Shown here piece after piece: positions 7,214 to 17,431 of a stretch of DNA of 30,890 nucleotides. A model generated the notes under the pieces. That model was not told the origin of the DNA. It was given only the letters and a program-made list of their open reading frames with translations, and did not search any database. A program made the position numbers and the translations under genes. Every line of letters begins with the position of its first letter. Position 1 is the first letter of the stretch. The stretch covers positions 1-30,890 of the forward strand of contig JAYZBV010000081.1 of assembly GCA_036338595.1 (NCBI GenBank), given 5' to 3'. Source of the DNA: Planctomycetota bacterium (GTDB lineage: Bacteria; Planctomycetota; UBA8108; UBA1146).

Positions 7214-10108
7214 GTGTCCCACATCAAGTTGCTGATCTTTCTGTGCTGTATCGCTTCTACGACGGGCTCAGCGAAGGCAATCGCTGTAGAAGAAGGCTGG
7301 GTACCGGTCCCGGTTCCTGGTCGGTGGGAGTCTTCCTTTGGCAAATACGACGGCACCGGATGGCTCAAGGCATATCTGATCTTGCCAGCGGACTGGGCGG
7401 GCAAGGACCTGGTCCTTCACGCAGGCCGTATCGACGACAAGGACCAGACCTATTTCAATGGAGAGAAGATCGGTGAAGGCAGCGGGTGGAATGTAGATCG
7501 TGTCTACACCATCCCCGGTGAACTGGTACACGCTGGCGCCAACATGGTAGCGATACGCGTGGTGGATACCGGCGGAAACGGTGGTGTCACCTCGGGGAGC
7601 GTCTCGATCGATGGTCCCGATGGCAGTATCGGAATGGATGGGGGCACCTGGCTCGGGCGAAAAGGAGATGATCCAGCCTGGAAGGAGTGGCCCGCCAAGA
7701 TCGGCTCGATCCAGGCAACGCTTCTGGCGCGGCAATACCTGTCGACACAGGGAGATGGAGCGATCGCACCGGGCGGTGGATTGAAGTCTTCGGGTCTGGC
7801 CACGCGGCCAGATGGCGACAAGGTGATCTGGTATCGAACTCCTGCGGGCACCCGATGGAACGAGGGCTTGCCGGTCGGCAACGGTAGATTGGGCGGCATG
7901 GTTCTGGGGGATCCACGCCAATGGAAGATCCAGCTCAATGAAGATGGAGTCTGGGCAGGCACACCTGCAGATCGAGTTCGCCGTGGTGCCCACACTCATC
8001 TCGCCAGGGCGCGTGAATTGATCTTCGCCGGTGAAGTGGTCGAAGCTCAGAAACTGGTACAGAAGGAGTTCATGTCGGCGCGCTGGACTCGATCGTATCA
8101 GACACTTGCGGATCTGAACGTGAAGCAATCCGGTATCGATGAACAGTTGAACTATCGCCGCTGGCTCGATCTCGATGCTGCGCAGGTGAACGAGGAGTTC
8201 ACATCAGGTGGGGTTCTCTACAGCAGAAAGGTCATCGCAAGCCGTCCCGACCACTGTGTGGCGGCGCTCTTCGATGCCGATCAGCAAGCAGCGATCTCCA
8301 TCGAGGTGGGATTGTCTCGCGAGGTGGGTGGCACCCTGCTGGAGCCGGTCCGTATCGACGGGAATCGTGCATGGCTGCGCTTCGGTGGTCAGGCAAGCCA
8401 CGGAGACAAGTTTCCGGGTGCGCATTTCGAATGCCAGATGAGCGTCATCGCCACGGGCGGCGTGATGCGGATGAAGGGTGCCGGGATCACGATCGATAGA
8501 GCGGATTCAGTGCTGTTTCTGATCACTGCAGATAGCGACCCGGAGGGCAAGTTCGATGCAAAAAAGTTGATCCAGTTGCATGAGCGTGATGCTGGACCGA
8601 AGGAACCGATGGGATTCTACGAGCAATTGCGATCGCGCCAGGCGGCAGATCACCGGTCGTTGATGGATCGAGTTTCACTCTCACTTGGCGGTGAGTCGAT
8701 GCGGGACTATCCGACCGACCTGAGATTGCGGCGGATCCGAAAGGGCGAGCCGGACCCAGATCTGATGGCGACCTTCTTCCACTTTGGACGCTACCTGCTG
8801 ATCTCTTCCTCGAGACCAGGGTGCCTTCCCGCAAACCTGCAGGGCATCTGGAGTCCCCACATCACGACTCCCTGGAATGGTGATTACCACATCAACATCA
8901 ACCTCCAGATGAACTACTGGCCGGCAGAGATGGCGAATCTCTCCGAGTGCCATGAACCTCTTTTCGATTTCATCGATCAGTTGGTGGTGCGTGGTGCCAG
9001 AACTGCACAGGAGCTTTACAACGCACCTGGCTGGGTGGCTCACCACACCAGTGACGTCCACGCCTTCACGGTTCCCATCGGGCGAACAGTCTGGGGGATC
9101 TGGCCGCTGGGTGGGGCGTGGCTCTGTCGACATCTCTGGGAGCACTACCAGTACGGTGGAGATGAAGAGTTTCTCCGACAACGTGCATGGCCAGTATTAC
9201 GGGGTGCCAGTGAGTTTTTCTGCGCGTACCTGGTCGAGGATCCGGAGACTGGAAAACTGGTCAGTGGCCCATCCTCTTCGCCAGAGAACTCATATCGAAC
9301 CCCGGATGGGCAGGTCGCAGATGTAGGCATGGGTAATGCCATGGATCAGGAGATCATATGGGATCTCTTCACCATGACACTGGCGACTGCTGATGTGCTG
9401 GGAATAGAAGAGGAACTGGTAACCCGTATCCGTGAGACTCGCAGCCAGCTGGCGCGACCTGCGATCGGAGAAGACGGTCGCATCCTCGAATGGTCGCGGC
9501 CCTGGGAAGAGGTGGAACCCGGGCATCGGCACATGAGCCACCTGTATGGTCTCTATCCCGGTGAAGAGTGGTCAGCGGAGCAGCAACCCGAAGAGATGCA
9601 GGCGGCGCGCCGCTCCATCGAATTCCGCCTTGCCAATGGAGGTGGTCACACTGGATGGAGTCGTGCCTGGCTGCTCAATTTCTTTGCACGACTCGGTGAT
9701 GGAGAAAAAGTCGGCGAGAGTCTCCAGTTGCAACTGGCGAAGTCGACATTGCCGAATCTCCTCGACGATCATCCTCCATTTCAGATCGATGGAAACTTCG
9801 GTGCGACAGCAGGAATCTGTGAGGCGCTCGTACAATCGCATGGCGGAGTGCTTCGACTCCTTCCGGCACTTCCTGCCGACTGGAATGGCGGATCCGTCTC
9901 GGGATTGCGTACCCGATTTGGGGTTGAGGTGTCTCTGGGCTGGCAGGATGGAATGATCGAGACGGTACGATTGGCGCCCTCTCGCGATGTTTCGTTGATC
10001 CTGGCTCAGCAGGGGCAAGAACTGGAACTGGTGCTGAAAAAGGGTCAAGAAGTGCACCTGATCAGAAGTGGCGAAGTACTGGTGCCGAACGATCCGGCGG
10101 GGGAATGA
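7214..10108 (+). CDS. Secreted GH95 alpha-L-fucosidase-family glycoside hydrolase with an extra N-terminal galactose-binding-like domain
   Basis: LPVGNGRLGGM, QLNED..W, FGRYLLISSSRPG.LPANLQGIW, YHININLQMNYW, HRHMSHLYGLYPG, TGWSRAW, PPFQIDGNFG. GTG 7214 follows the RBS GAGGAGG. Confidence 0.92.
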   Translation: MSHIKLLIFLCCIASTTGSAKAIAVEEGWVPVPVPGRWESSFGKYDGTGWLKAYLILPADWAGKDLVLHAGRIDDKDQTYFNGEKIGEGSGWNVDRVYTIPGELVHAGANMVAIRVVDTGGNGGVTSGSVSIDGPDGSIGMDGGTWLGRKGDDPAWKEWPAKIGSIQATLLARQYLSTQGDGAIAPGGGLKSSGLATRPDGDKVIWYRTPAGTRWNEGLPVGNGRLGGMVLGDPRQWKIQLNEDGVWAGTPADRVRRGAHTHLARARELIFAGEVVEAQKLVQKEFMSARWTRSYQTLADLNVKQSGIDEQLNYRRWLDLDAAQVNEEFTSGGVLYSRKVIASRPDHCVAALFDADQQAAISIEVGLSREVGGTLLEPVRIDGNRAWLRFGGQASHGDKFPGAHFECQMSVIATGGVMRMKGAGITIDRADSVLFLITADSDPEGKFDAKKLIQLHERDAGPKEPMGFYEQLRSRQAADHRSLMDRVSLSLGGESMRDYPTDLRLRRIRKGEPDPDLMATFFHFGRYLLISSSRPGCLPANLQGIWSPHITTPWNGDYHININLQMNYWPAEMANLSECHEPLFDFIDQLVVRGARTAQELYNAPGWVAHHTSDVHAFTVPIGRTVWGIWPLGGAWLCRHLWEHYQYGGDEEFLRQRAWPVLRGASEFFCAYLVEDPETGKLVSGPSSSPENSYRTPDGQVADVGMGNAMDQEIIWDLFTMTLATADVLGIEEELVTRIRETRSQLARPAIGEDGRILEWSRPWEEVEPGHRHMSHLYGLYPGEEWSAEQQPEEMQAARRSIEFRLANGGGHTGWSRAWLLNFFARLGDGEKVGESLQLQLAKSTLPNLLDDHPPFQIDGNFGATAGICEALVQSHGGVLRLLPALPADWNGGSVSGLRTRFGVEVSLGWQDGMIETVRLAPSRDVSLILAQQGQELELVLKKGQEVHLIRSGEVLVPNDPAGE

Positions 10109-10166
10109 TGGACGGCTGCGAATGGGTACAATCAGGTGATCCCGCCTACTCTCGGAGGAAGTTGTA

Positions 10167-12275
10167 GTGAGCCCCCGTAACGTGATCATCGCAGGCTCGA
10201 TCCTGCTCGTCATCATCGTGATGATGGTTCTGTTGCTCCCTGACGATGGACCACCGATCAGTGGTTTCGGAGGAGAGGGCGCGGCTGACCCTTCCGTGAT
10301 CGGTTCGGCAGCATCCAGCAACAATGGAAGCGGAAATTCCAGCTCTCAAGGAGCCTCATCGGGTGGATCTGCGGCTTCTGGTCGGGGTGGCAGTTCGACT
10401 CCAGCAGACGATCAGCAGCAGGGCAGAACATTTCGCGATGACGGCTCTCCTCGAACAGGTAGCAACGGATCGGCAAGTGGCTCGGGGGCCAGTGGTCAGG
10501 ATCCATCCAGCGGAGGATTCAGCGACTCCGGTTCCAGTGGAGGGGGTCAGCGAAATGGCGCCGGCTCCAGACCAGGCCGCGGGGCCAGAAACGGGCAGTC
10601 GGGGAGCCAGCCCGCGGTTCCGTCCGGAATGATGAGGATCACCGGTGAAGTCATGCTGGAGGAAGCACTCACCAGCGTCGTCGATGCCTCCGGTCAACTT
10701 CAGATCGGTACAGCAACGGGGTCTCGATCCATCACCGTCAACTCGGGGCGATTCCAGGCGAATGTCTCATCCGAGGGACCTTTGCAGTTTCATGGTGCTG
10801 TGCTCGGGGGGCGACCGGCACGTGTCGTCTCACCGATAGGGCCGGTCACTCCTGGTGGATCAATTCGCGTCGTCATCCGCTATGACGCACTCACGATGCT
10901 GCATCTGAAATCTGCGATCACCGGAGAAGATCTGACCCAGGTCGAGGTGATCCGGGTCCAGGATTACTCCCGCAGTTCGCTTCCCCATCCTGGCTGGGCA
11001 CTACCTGCCGATCCCATCATCGTTACAGATCAGAGTCCGGTGGCACTCGACGGCAGGATTGGATCGATCGGAGCCGCAGTGGCGCTTCACGCCAGAGCGG
11101 CGGGACACGAGTGGCGGAGGATCACGGTTGATCTGGTCGCGGGAGGAGAACGCGAACTGACCCTGGCACCGAGTGGCTCCATTGCTCTGAGCCTGTTCGG
11201 TGATACGGAAAGGGAGGGTATCGTGTTGCGATTGCGTGAGCAGGGACGCGTTGGATCCCCCCACGCAGAGGTGCCGATCACAGGCACCACATCCGAACAA
11301 CTCGACGGCCTGCTTCCCGGTGCATGGGTAGCGACACTGGAATCTGGTCACTGGGCTCACCAGCCTGAAGTCCACGACGAGGTCTCATTCGAGTTGATCG
11401 AAGGAGATGTGATCCAGCTGGAGATGGAAATCCCATTCGACGATGAAGAACGTGTCGATCTTGCCGGAACGGTGTTCATTCCCGAGGGTTGGATGCTCAA
11501 TAATTTCTCGGTGAGGATTCGACCGACAGGTCCTGGCTCGGATCCGATCAACGACACGATAGAGATCCACAGCCAGACGATGGAGAGCACATCGATGGCG
11601 GGCGGTTTTCTGTGGGAGTGGGGACCCGTGCAGGTGAAACCGGGGAGTTATGGAATTCTGGTCCTCCCTGTCGGAGTCGGAAACCTCTTCACTGTCGGAG
11701 AAGACGGTCTGCTCGATGCCAGCATCGAACTTCCTGCGCCTGTAGACATTGCTGTCCAGGCCGTTCTCGCAGATGGCTCGGGCAATGCCACGCCGAGCCT
11801 GATCCGCTGGGCGCCCGTCCGACCTCCCGGGACACCGGGAGCAGGGGCGGTTCCGGTCGGTCCAGGCATCGGCGGTTACTTCCAGTTTCAGGTGCCGCTA
11901 GGTCAGGTGATGATCTCCTGCTCCGATGTTGCATATCGACCGACGCATCAGCAGATTCAGGTCACCATCGATGGGTCCAACGAGTTCACGCTGCCACTTG
12001 AGCCGGCGATGGGAATGCGATTATTCCTCGAGGAAAATGGTACTTCGGTTCCCTGGGACCTGTCGTGGCATCCCGAAGTTGTTGCTCAGGGTCATGGTGG
12101 AACCGTGGTGACACGGGGACGAACAGGAAACGGGTATCGAATCCTGGTCAGCGCAACTGGACCCTACATCGTCTCGATCCCGGACCTTCCCGGATTCCAG
12201 CCCATCGATCCGTTCGGGATCACCGTCACCGATGGTGATGTCATCGAGGCTGTCATCGAGATCGAATCGGAGTGA
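10167..12275 (+). CDS. Membrane-anchored protein with a Ser/Gly-rich linker and tandem beta-sandwich (carboxypeptidase-regulatory-like) domains; function unknown
   Basis: N-terminal TM helix (VIIAGSILLVIIVMMVLLL), about 120 aa of low-complexity S/G sequence, then repeated ITGEV / LAGTV / GLLPGAW / VKPGSY-type beta-sandwich signatures. Confidence 0.65.
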   Translation: MSPRNVIIAGSILLVIIVMMVLLLPDDGPPISGFGGEGAADPSVIGSAASSNNGSGNSSSQGASSGGSAASGRGGSSTPADDQQQGRTFRDDGSPRTGSNGSASGSGASGQDPSSGGFSDSGSSGGGQRNGAGSRPGRGARNGQSGSQPAVPSGMMRITGEVMLEEALTSVVDASGQLQIGTATGSRSITVNSGRFQANVSSEGPLQFHGAVLGGRPARVVSPIGPVTPGGSIRVVIRYDALTMLHLKSAITGEDLTQVEVIRVQDYSRSSLPHPGWALPADPIIVTDQSPVALDGRIGSIGAAVALHARAAGHEWRRITVDLVAGGERELTLAPSGSIALSLFGDTEREGIVLRLREQGRVGSPHAEVPITGTTSEQLDGLLPGAWVATLESGHWAHQPEVHDEVSFELIEGDVIQLEMEIPFDDEERVDLAGTVFIPEGWMLNNFSVRIRPTGPGSDPINDTIEIHSQTMESTSMAGGFLWEWGPVQVKPGSYGILVLPVGVGNLFTVGEDGLLDASIELPAPVDIAVQAVLADGSGNATPSLIRWAPVRPPGTPGAGAVPVGPGIGGYFQFQVPLGQVMISCSDVAYRPTHQQIQVTIDGSNEFTLPLEPAMGMRLFLEENGTSVPWDLSWHPEVVAQGHGGTVVTRGRTGNGYRILVSATGPYIVSIPDLPGFQPIDPFGITVTDGDVIEAVIEIESE

Positions 12276-12279
12276 GCCG

Positions 12280-14910
12280 CTAGGGTTCACTCTTCTTCAC
12301 AGGCTCCTCGATACTTCCATCCGCATCGACGATCCAGGTGATGTCATCGCCGGTTCCCGGCTCTCCATCAGGCCCAACACTGACAATCCGCGCAATCCCA
12401 TCTTCATCGGAACTGTCGAAGACCGAGAGCATCCGTCCGTATGGATCCGCGAGTGCGTCTTCAGCCACTTCTTGCAGGATTCTGGCTGCAGCAGGGACGG
12501 GAGTGCCGCTCTCACGATTCTTTATGCGGCTGGCGAGTTCTTTGCCAAGCCTACGGGCAGCGATTTGAGCCTCTATGCGTAGCCTTTCATCTCGATCCAT
12601 CTGCATCGGATTGGAACGATCGCTCTCCGGTCTGATCTTGAATCGTTGTTGATCGATCTCCTGGGGAAAGACATTGTTGGATCGGTCAGCATCAGCGATC
12701 TCCAGCATCGGATCGATCTCGACGCGTATCACGGGTTCGCTGGTAACGAGTAACCTGGAAACTGCACGAGGATTCGATCTCCACAACTCTGCGGGAAGAT
12801 CAAACCGCTCGGTTTTTCCGGACTCATAGGTGACCTCGATGGGTATAGGCATCATCAAGCCACCATAATTTCGAAGTCGAACCACCGTGAAGTTCCAGTC
12901 TCTTTGCAGCAGTTCAGCATCTCCATCCTCGAGGCGAGAGAGGAAGCGTTCGTAGCCGCGCCTGTCTTTTTCGGTTACATCGAGCTCATCAAACGAGTTG
13001 TAAAAGTCCAGCAACTCTGGATAGCGATCTGATCTGAGGGTCAGCCCCTCGTTATTTTTCCTGCTGATCCACTGGGGGTCCGAATCTCGCTCCGCTTTCT
13101 GTAGAGGTTTTTCGACATCGGGATTTCCTGTATCGAGGTGATAGCGGACAACCGTCTCGACGGCGAAATCTGCGTGATCGGTGGTGTAGAACCAACCACG
13201 CCAGAACCAGTCGAGGTCGATGCCGCTGGCATCTTCGAGAGTACGAAACAGATCTGCCGGTTCCGGCCTGCGGAATGCCCAACGCTTGGAATACTCACGA
13301 AATGAAAAATCGAATAACTCCCTGCCGAGTACACTTTCTCGCAGGATGTTCAGTGCGGTTGCTGGCTTGGCGTAGGCATTACTTCCGAACTGCAACAGTT
13401 GTTCGCTGTTGGTCATGATGGGCATCTGATCCGTGCTCGTGGTGAATCCGGTGATGTTTCGCGCTTCACCGCGTCGAGATGGGTATTTTTCTTCCCATAA
13501 TTGTTCCGCAATGAACTGGCAAAATGTGTTGAGTCCCTCATCCATCCAGGTCCACTGCCGTTCATCCGAATTGATGATCATCGGAAACCAGTTGTGGCCC
13601 ACCTCATGAATGACGACACCGATCAATCCGTACTTGGTTCGCTGTGAGTAGGTTCCATCTTCTTCCGGGCGGGGGCCATTGAAGCAAATCATCGGATACT
13701 CCATACCTCCCACTGGACCATTGACGCTGATCGCAACCGGGTATGGGTATGGAACACTGATCTGAGAATAGACCTCGATGGTGTGGGCCACGGCGTGAGT
13801 CGAGTAGCGACTCCACAACGGCTCACCCTCGTTTGGATAGAAGGACATCGCCATGGTGGTATTGCCACCGGGAACCGAGACACCCATCGCATCCCAGATG
13901 AATTTGGGGGATGCAGCCCAGGCAAAATCTCGTACATCTTTGGCATCGAAGATCCAGGTCTTCTCCCCGGTAGATTCGCGCTTCTCGTTTTCCAGAGCTT
14001 CGTCCGGGGTCACGATGAACATCGGGCGATGCGAACTCCTCGCGGCAGCGAGGCGCTCCTTCTGTGTGTCATCAAGGACTTCGTCCTGGTTGGTCAGGAT
14101 GCCCGTGGCGCTGACGACAAATGTATCTGGAACCGTGATCGCCACCTTGTAATCGCCGAACTCAAGGGTGAACTCTCCGCTTCCGATGAATTGTTTGTTC
14201 TGCCAGCCAGCATAATCGGTGTAGGCGCACATCCTGGGGAACCACTGGGCAATCTCGTAGATCGCATTTCCTGCGTCATCGAACCACTCGTATCCGCCGC
14301 GCGCTCGAAGCAGGTCTGCGTTCACGATGGAATGATTCCACTCCACAAGGTACTCGAGCTTTTCACCCGACTTGAGCGGTGTGGGTAAATCGATGCGCAT
14401 CATGGTATCGACGATCACATGGTCGAGTCTGGCCCCGGCTCGATCACGCACCGATAGGATGTCAAATCCGCCAACAAACTCCTCTTCGAAAGCAAGGCGA
14501 CGCAGCCAGTTGATACTCTCTTCAGCATCCATGTCCGTGGGGTCGCTGCTATTTCCGATCGATTCGGAACGGAATCTGTTCTGATCCAACTGCATCCACA
14601 GATATGTCAGGGTATGAGGAGAGTTGTTGTGATATGTGACCCTCTCCTTGCCGTCCAGGCGGTGTGTCGTTGCATCCAGGGTGACCTGGATATCCATGTC
14701 GGCGCGCTGCTGCCAGTAACCAGGTCCTGGGGCGCCGGATGCGAGCCGAGCTTCGGTTGGTGTGGGGAGTACATCGTCTAACTGACGGAACGGGTCCTCC
14801 CGATCGATCTTGTCTATGGCAAGAAATGGCGGCGGGATATCGTCGTGAGGATCATGTGCGAAACCGAAGTCGGGAAGAAAGCAAATCAGCAATCCCAGGA
14901 CAATACGCAT
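12280..14910 (-). CDS. Secreted M1-family zinc aminopeptidase with a C-terminal GspG-like extension
   Basis: GGMEYP exopeptidase motif, HEVGH-x18-E (WMDEG) zinc motif, YAKPA, DLDWFWRGWFY, signal peptide. Confidence 0.92.
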   Translation of the reverse strand: MRIVLGLLICFLPDFGFAHDPHDDIPPPFLAIDKIDREDPFRQLDDVLPTPTEARLASGAPGPGYWQQRADMDIQVTLDATTHRLDGKERVTYHNNSPHTLTYLWMQLDQNRFRSESIGNSSDPTDMDAEESINWLRRLAFEEEFVGGFDILSVRDRAGARLDHVIVDTMMRIDLPTPLKSGEKLEYLVEWNHSIVNADLLRARGGYEWFDDAGNAIYEIAQWFPRMCAYTDYAGWQNKQFIGSGEFTLEFGDYKVAITVPDTFVVSATGILTNQDEVLDDTQKERLAAARSSHRPMFIVTPDEALENEKRESTGEKTWIFDAKDVRDFAWAASPKFIWDAMGVSVPGGNTTMAMSFYPNEGEPLWSRYSTHAVAHTIEVYSQISVPYPYPVAISVNGPVGGMEYPMICFNGPRPEEDGTYSQRTKYGLIGVVIHEVGHNWFPMIINSDERQWTWMDEGLNTFCQFIAEQLWEEKYPSRRGEARNITGFTTSTDQMPIMTNSEQLLQFGSNAYAKPATALNILRESVLGRELFDFSFREYSKRWAFRRPEPADLFRTLEDASGIDLDWFWRGWFYTTDHADFAVETVVRYHLDTGNPDVEKPLQKAERDSDPQWISRKNNEGLTLRSDRYPELLDFYNSFDELDVTEKDRRGYERFLSRLEDGDAELLQRDWNFTVVRLRNYGGLMMPIPIEVTYESGKTERFDLPAELWRSNPRAVSRLLVTSEPVIRVEIDPMLEIADADRSNNVFPQEIDQQRFKIRPESDRSNPMQMDRDERLRIEAQIAARRLGKELASRIKNRESGTPVPAAARILQEVAEDALADPYGRMLSVFDSSDEDGIARIVSVGPDGEPGTGDDITWIVDADGSIEEPVKKSEP

Positions 14911-15038
14911 GTTGACCGCCTATTCTCTGGTGGAGTTCCTGAACTACCCGAAGATCAGAATCGGTCTCGGATGGATCTGGAGTGATAGCCAATGATAAGG
15001 TGGACGCTGGCTGGAGGCCACTGGAAGAAACTGCCTGA

Positions 15039-15059
15039 ATTGCGAGATTATCTGTCAAT
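15039..15059. promoter_or_regulatory. Imperfect 10-1-10 palindrome upstream of the M1 peptidase; possible operator overlapping a TTGACA hexamer
   Basis: ATTGCGAGAT-T-ATCTGTCAAT, 8 of 10 positions symmetric. The minus strand reads TTGACA. Confidence 0.3.
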
Positions 15060-15090
15060 AGCGATACGATGCGGGCCTCAAAACATCGTC

Positions 15091-15327
15091 TCAACTGGAA
15101 TGGGATCCATCACAGAAGGGCGCCCCGTTGGTCTTCTTACAGGCACAGAGAGCGACTGTTTTGGTTTCTTCCAGTTCGAATACTTTCGGTGCGAGTCCGG
15201 TACCGGAATGAGATCCGTCACATAGAGGATGTTGGGACGATCTCCCGCAAGCGCACCAGGCATGCTTGCCTGCTTCCAGTTCAACAACCACGGGTTTGTT
15301 GTCCGTCGCTATCGGTTCTTCAGACAT
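15091..15327 (-). CDS. Double CDGSH iron-sulfur (2Fe-2S) domain protein, MiNT/CISD3-like
   Basis: Two motifs, [16 protein letters not shown] and [19 protein letters not shown] 15327 lies just after the upstream stop. Confidence 0.9.
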   Translation of the reverse strand: MSEEPIATDNKPVVVELEAGKHAWCACGRSSQHPLCDGSHSGTGLAPKVFELEETKTVALCACKKTNGAPFCDGSHSS

Positions 15328-15331
15328 CCGC

Positions 15332-16354
15332 TCACTCGCTTCCTGTGTTATCGGTCCAGAAACAATTCTTGCTGACCTTATCGTAGGGGTGGCCATTGAT
15401 TTCAACATACGGATTCACGAAGTAATTGATGGCCGGGCCCGCCTGAGGAGGCATCAGGGTCAGATCTCGTCCGGTTGATAGTGTTACACGGTTTCCCGTG
15501 TGAGATCCAAAGTACCGATCGAGCTGTTTTGGATCCCTGTCCGCCTCGGAAAGATCAACCGGGACCCAACCTGTGCCCGGAACATGAAACTCGCACCAGC
15601 AGTGATATCCAGCAGTCTTGTATTCACCATTGACTGGATAGTACTTGCCCCACATGCCGATCTGGAATCGCGAAGGGATGCCACTGGCAAGGCAGAGTGC
15701 GCTGAAATAGGTGTGAAAATCTGTGCAGTTCCCCATGCCCACATCACAGGCGTGAGTGATGTCTCCCCTGCCCCATCCGGAATGGTTCTTGTCGTAAGAC
15801 ATGTTCTTGAGCACATGATCAAAGAAGGATCGCGCTTTCTCGGCAACCGCCGTCTTGCCGTGGGTGAGAAGTTCAGCTTCTCTCTTCACCTTCGGTGTCA
15901 CATAGCACAGTGAAGAAGGCTTCAAATAGAGGGCCATCAAGCCCGGGTAGTCGATGTCCGTTACCTTTTCACCACCGGGAGCTGTATCGACCATGTAGGT
16001 GTGGCGAGTCACATCGTATTCAATGGTGAAATCGAGTTGAGAAGCGCTGCAGATCCCCTCGAAGTAATACATGGAATTGCCGAACTGCTTCTCGGTGAAG
16101 AGAGAGCCACCCACGGGACCTCTGATCTTCAATCCATCGATCTTCTGGTGCGGGTCATCATGCGGAACCGGAATCCACAGGCGATATTCGTCTCCGATAT
16201 CACAGTCCTTGATCGAGGTGACATAGCGAAGATGGAAGACGCGCTCGACAGCTCCGACCTGGATCCTTGATTCCTTCATGAACCCACAGCCGGATGCTGC
16301 CAGCATCAGCAGGATGATGAGAGATGAACAGGTGAATCGCACTGCTGCAGACAT
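15332..16354 (-). CDS. Transglutaminase-like (cysteine protease fold) lipoprotein
   Basis: Lipobox-like LAASGC; Cys-His-Asp triad motifs [30 protein letters not shown] before ATG 16354. Confidence 0.85.
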   Translation of the reverse strand: MSAAVRFTCSSLIILLMLAASGCGFMKESRIQVGAVERVFHLRYVTSIKDCDIGDEYRLWIPVPHDDPHQKIDGLKIRGPVGGSLFTEKQFGNSMYYFEGICSASQLDFTIEYDVTRHTYMVDTAPGGEKVTDIDYPGLMALYLKPSSLCYVTPKVKREAELLTHGKTAVAEKARSFFDHVLKNMSYDKNHSGWGRGDITHACDVGMGNCTDFHTYFSALCLASGIPSRFQIGMWGKYYPVNGEYKTAGYHCWCEFHVPGTGWVPVDLSEADRDPKQLDRYFGSHTGNRVTLSTGRDLTLMPPQAGPAINYFVNPYVEINGHPYDKVSKNCFWTDNTGSE

Positions 16355-16504
16355 GATGAGTCTCCTCGAGGAGGCAAGTATCCAAAAAAAAGCGGCTGGC
16401 AATGATCGGCAGGAATGCCGATCGCCATCCATCGATGAGGATGCTTGAAAATCGGTCGGAGTCAAGCACCTGAAGCGGGGCATCGGTAGGAAGGGTGCCC
16501 CGGT

Positions 16505-17431
16505 CTACTCGACACCAGCCTCTTCAGTCGATTCGATATTCTGGTCCCGTGGCTCACCATTCTGAATGCTATCATCTCTACGGCGAGATAGATCTTCAGC
16601 GAGTTGATCAAATCCTGTTGCCTTCATCGACTCCTCGAACATTTTATCGATTCTTTCCTGAGGCCAGTCGTCTCGTCCCTGCGCATGAATACCGAGGATG
16701 ACCGCCTCTTGAACCGAGTCGATAATCTTGTGGAAATAACTCTTCGCAATGGCGATCACCGGTGCCATCAGTAATCTTTCAAAAAAGCCGATCTGCTCCT
16801 TCTCGACGACGAACTCGATGACTGTATCGAAGCCGTCAGAAATACGAGCAGATGTGGGGATGATCACGGCATCTTTCCAGATCTCCGGAGGTCTCTTGAC
16901 CGGGGAGTCAACGATTCCAGGGATCATCCCGAGCAATGCACGAAGGACCACATCATCCCCATCGATTTCGTCGCCACTTTTTCGTCTTGCCTCGCCGATC
17001 ATCGACTTTCGTATATCGGGAACCGATTTCCCGGAGACGCGTGAGAGCCCTTCGAGGCCTGCTTGGAGCATCTCGTCACTGGTGGCATCCCCGAGAGCTA
17101 CGGCGATGTAGATCAAATTTCTGGGCTCTTCGTCGGCGAGCTGTTGAAACGAATTTGCTGCGCGATCAGCGATCACTGCGATCTCTCGTGCAGCACTCGA
17201 ACTGGTGGCGTACACGAGCACGCCTTCTGATTCGTACAGGTTCCGATCCCATGCTCGTATCGGTAGATCACGTTCAATCTCAATCTTGTCGACCTGGCGA
17301 CAGCCACAGGCCTGAAATAGTGCCATGAAGCAAACGAATAGTAGCAGGGAAGAAGATCGACACCTGTAGAACATCTCGCGCAGCCCTTTCATGGTTGGGC
17401 TACCAAGGATGCACAAAAACCTGGGGTCCAT
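16505..17431 (-). CDS. Hypothetical protein, possible lipoprotein
   Basis: Long ORF coupled to the upstream stop by TGATG; hydrophobic stretch ending FQACGC; no family recognised. The start could be further downstream (MFYRCR). Confidence 0.6.
   Translation of the reverse strand: MDPRFLCILGSPTMKGLREMFYRCRSSSLLLFVCFMALFQACGCRQVDKIEIERDLPIRAWDRNLYESEGVLVYATSSSAAREIAVIADRAANSFQQLADEEPRNLIYIAVALGDATSDEMLQAGLEGLSRVSGKSVPDIRKSMIGEARRKSGDEIDGDDVVLRALLGMIPGIVDSPVKRPPEIWKDAVIIPTSARISDGFDTVIEFVVEKEQIGFFERLLMAPVIAIAKSYFHKIIDSVQEAVILGIHAQGRDDWPQERIDKMFEESMKATGFDQLAEDLSRRRDDSIQNGEPRDQNIESTEEAGVE

Noticed and set aside
15091..15093. Other TGA stops (CDGSH protein, PDE, nth, GH95, glnS) as Sec codons
   Set aside because: They fall at natural family C-termini, not at conserved Cys positions.
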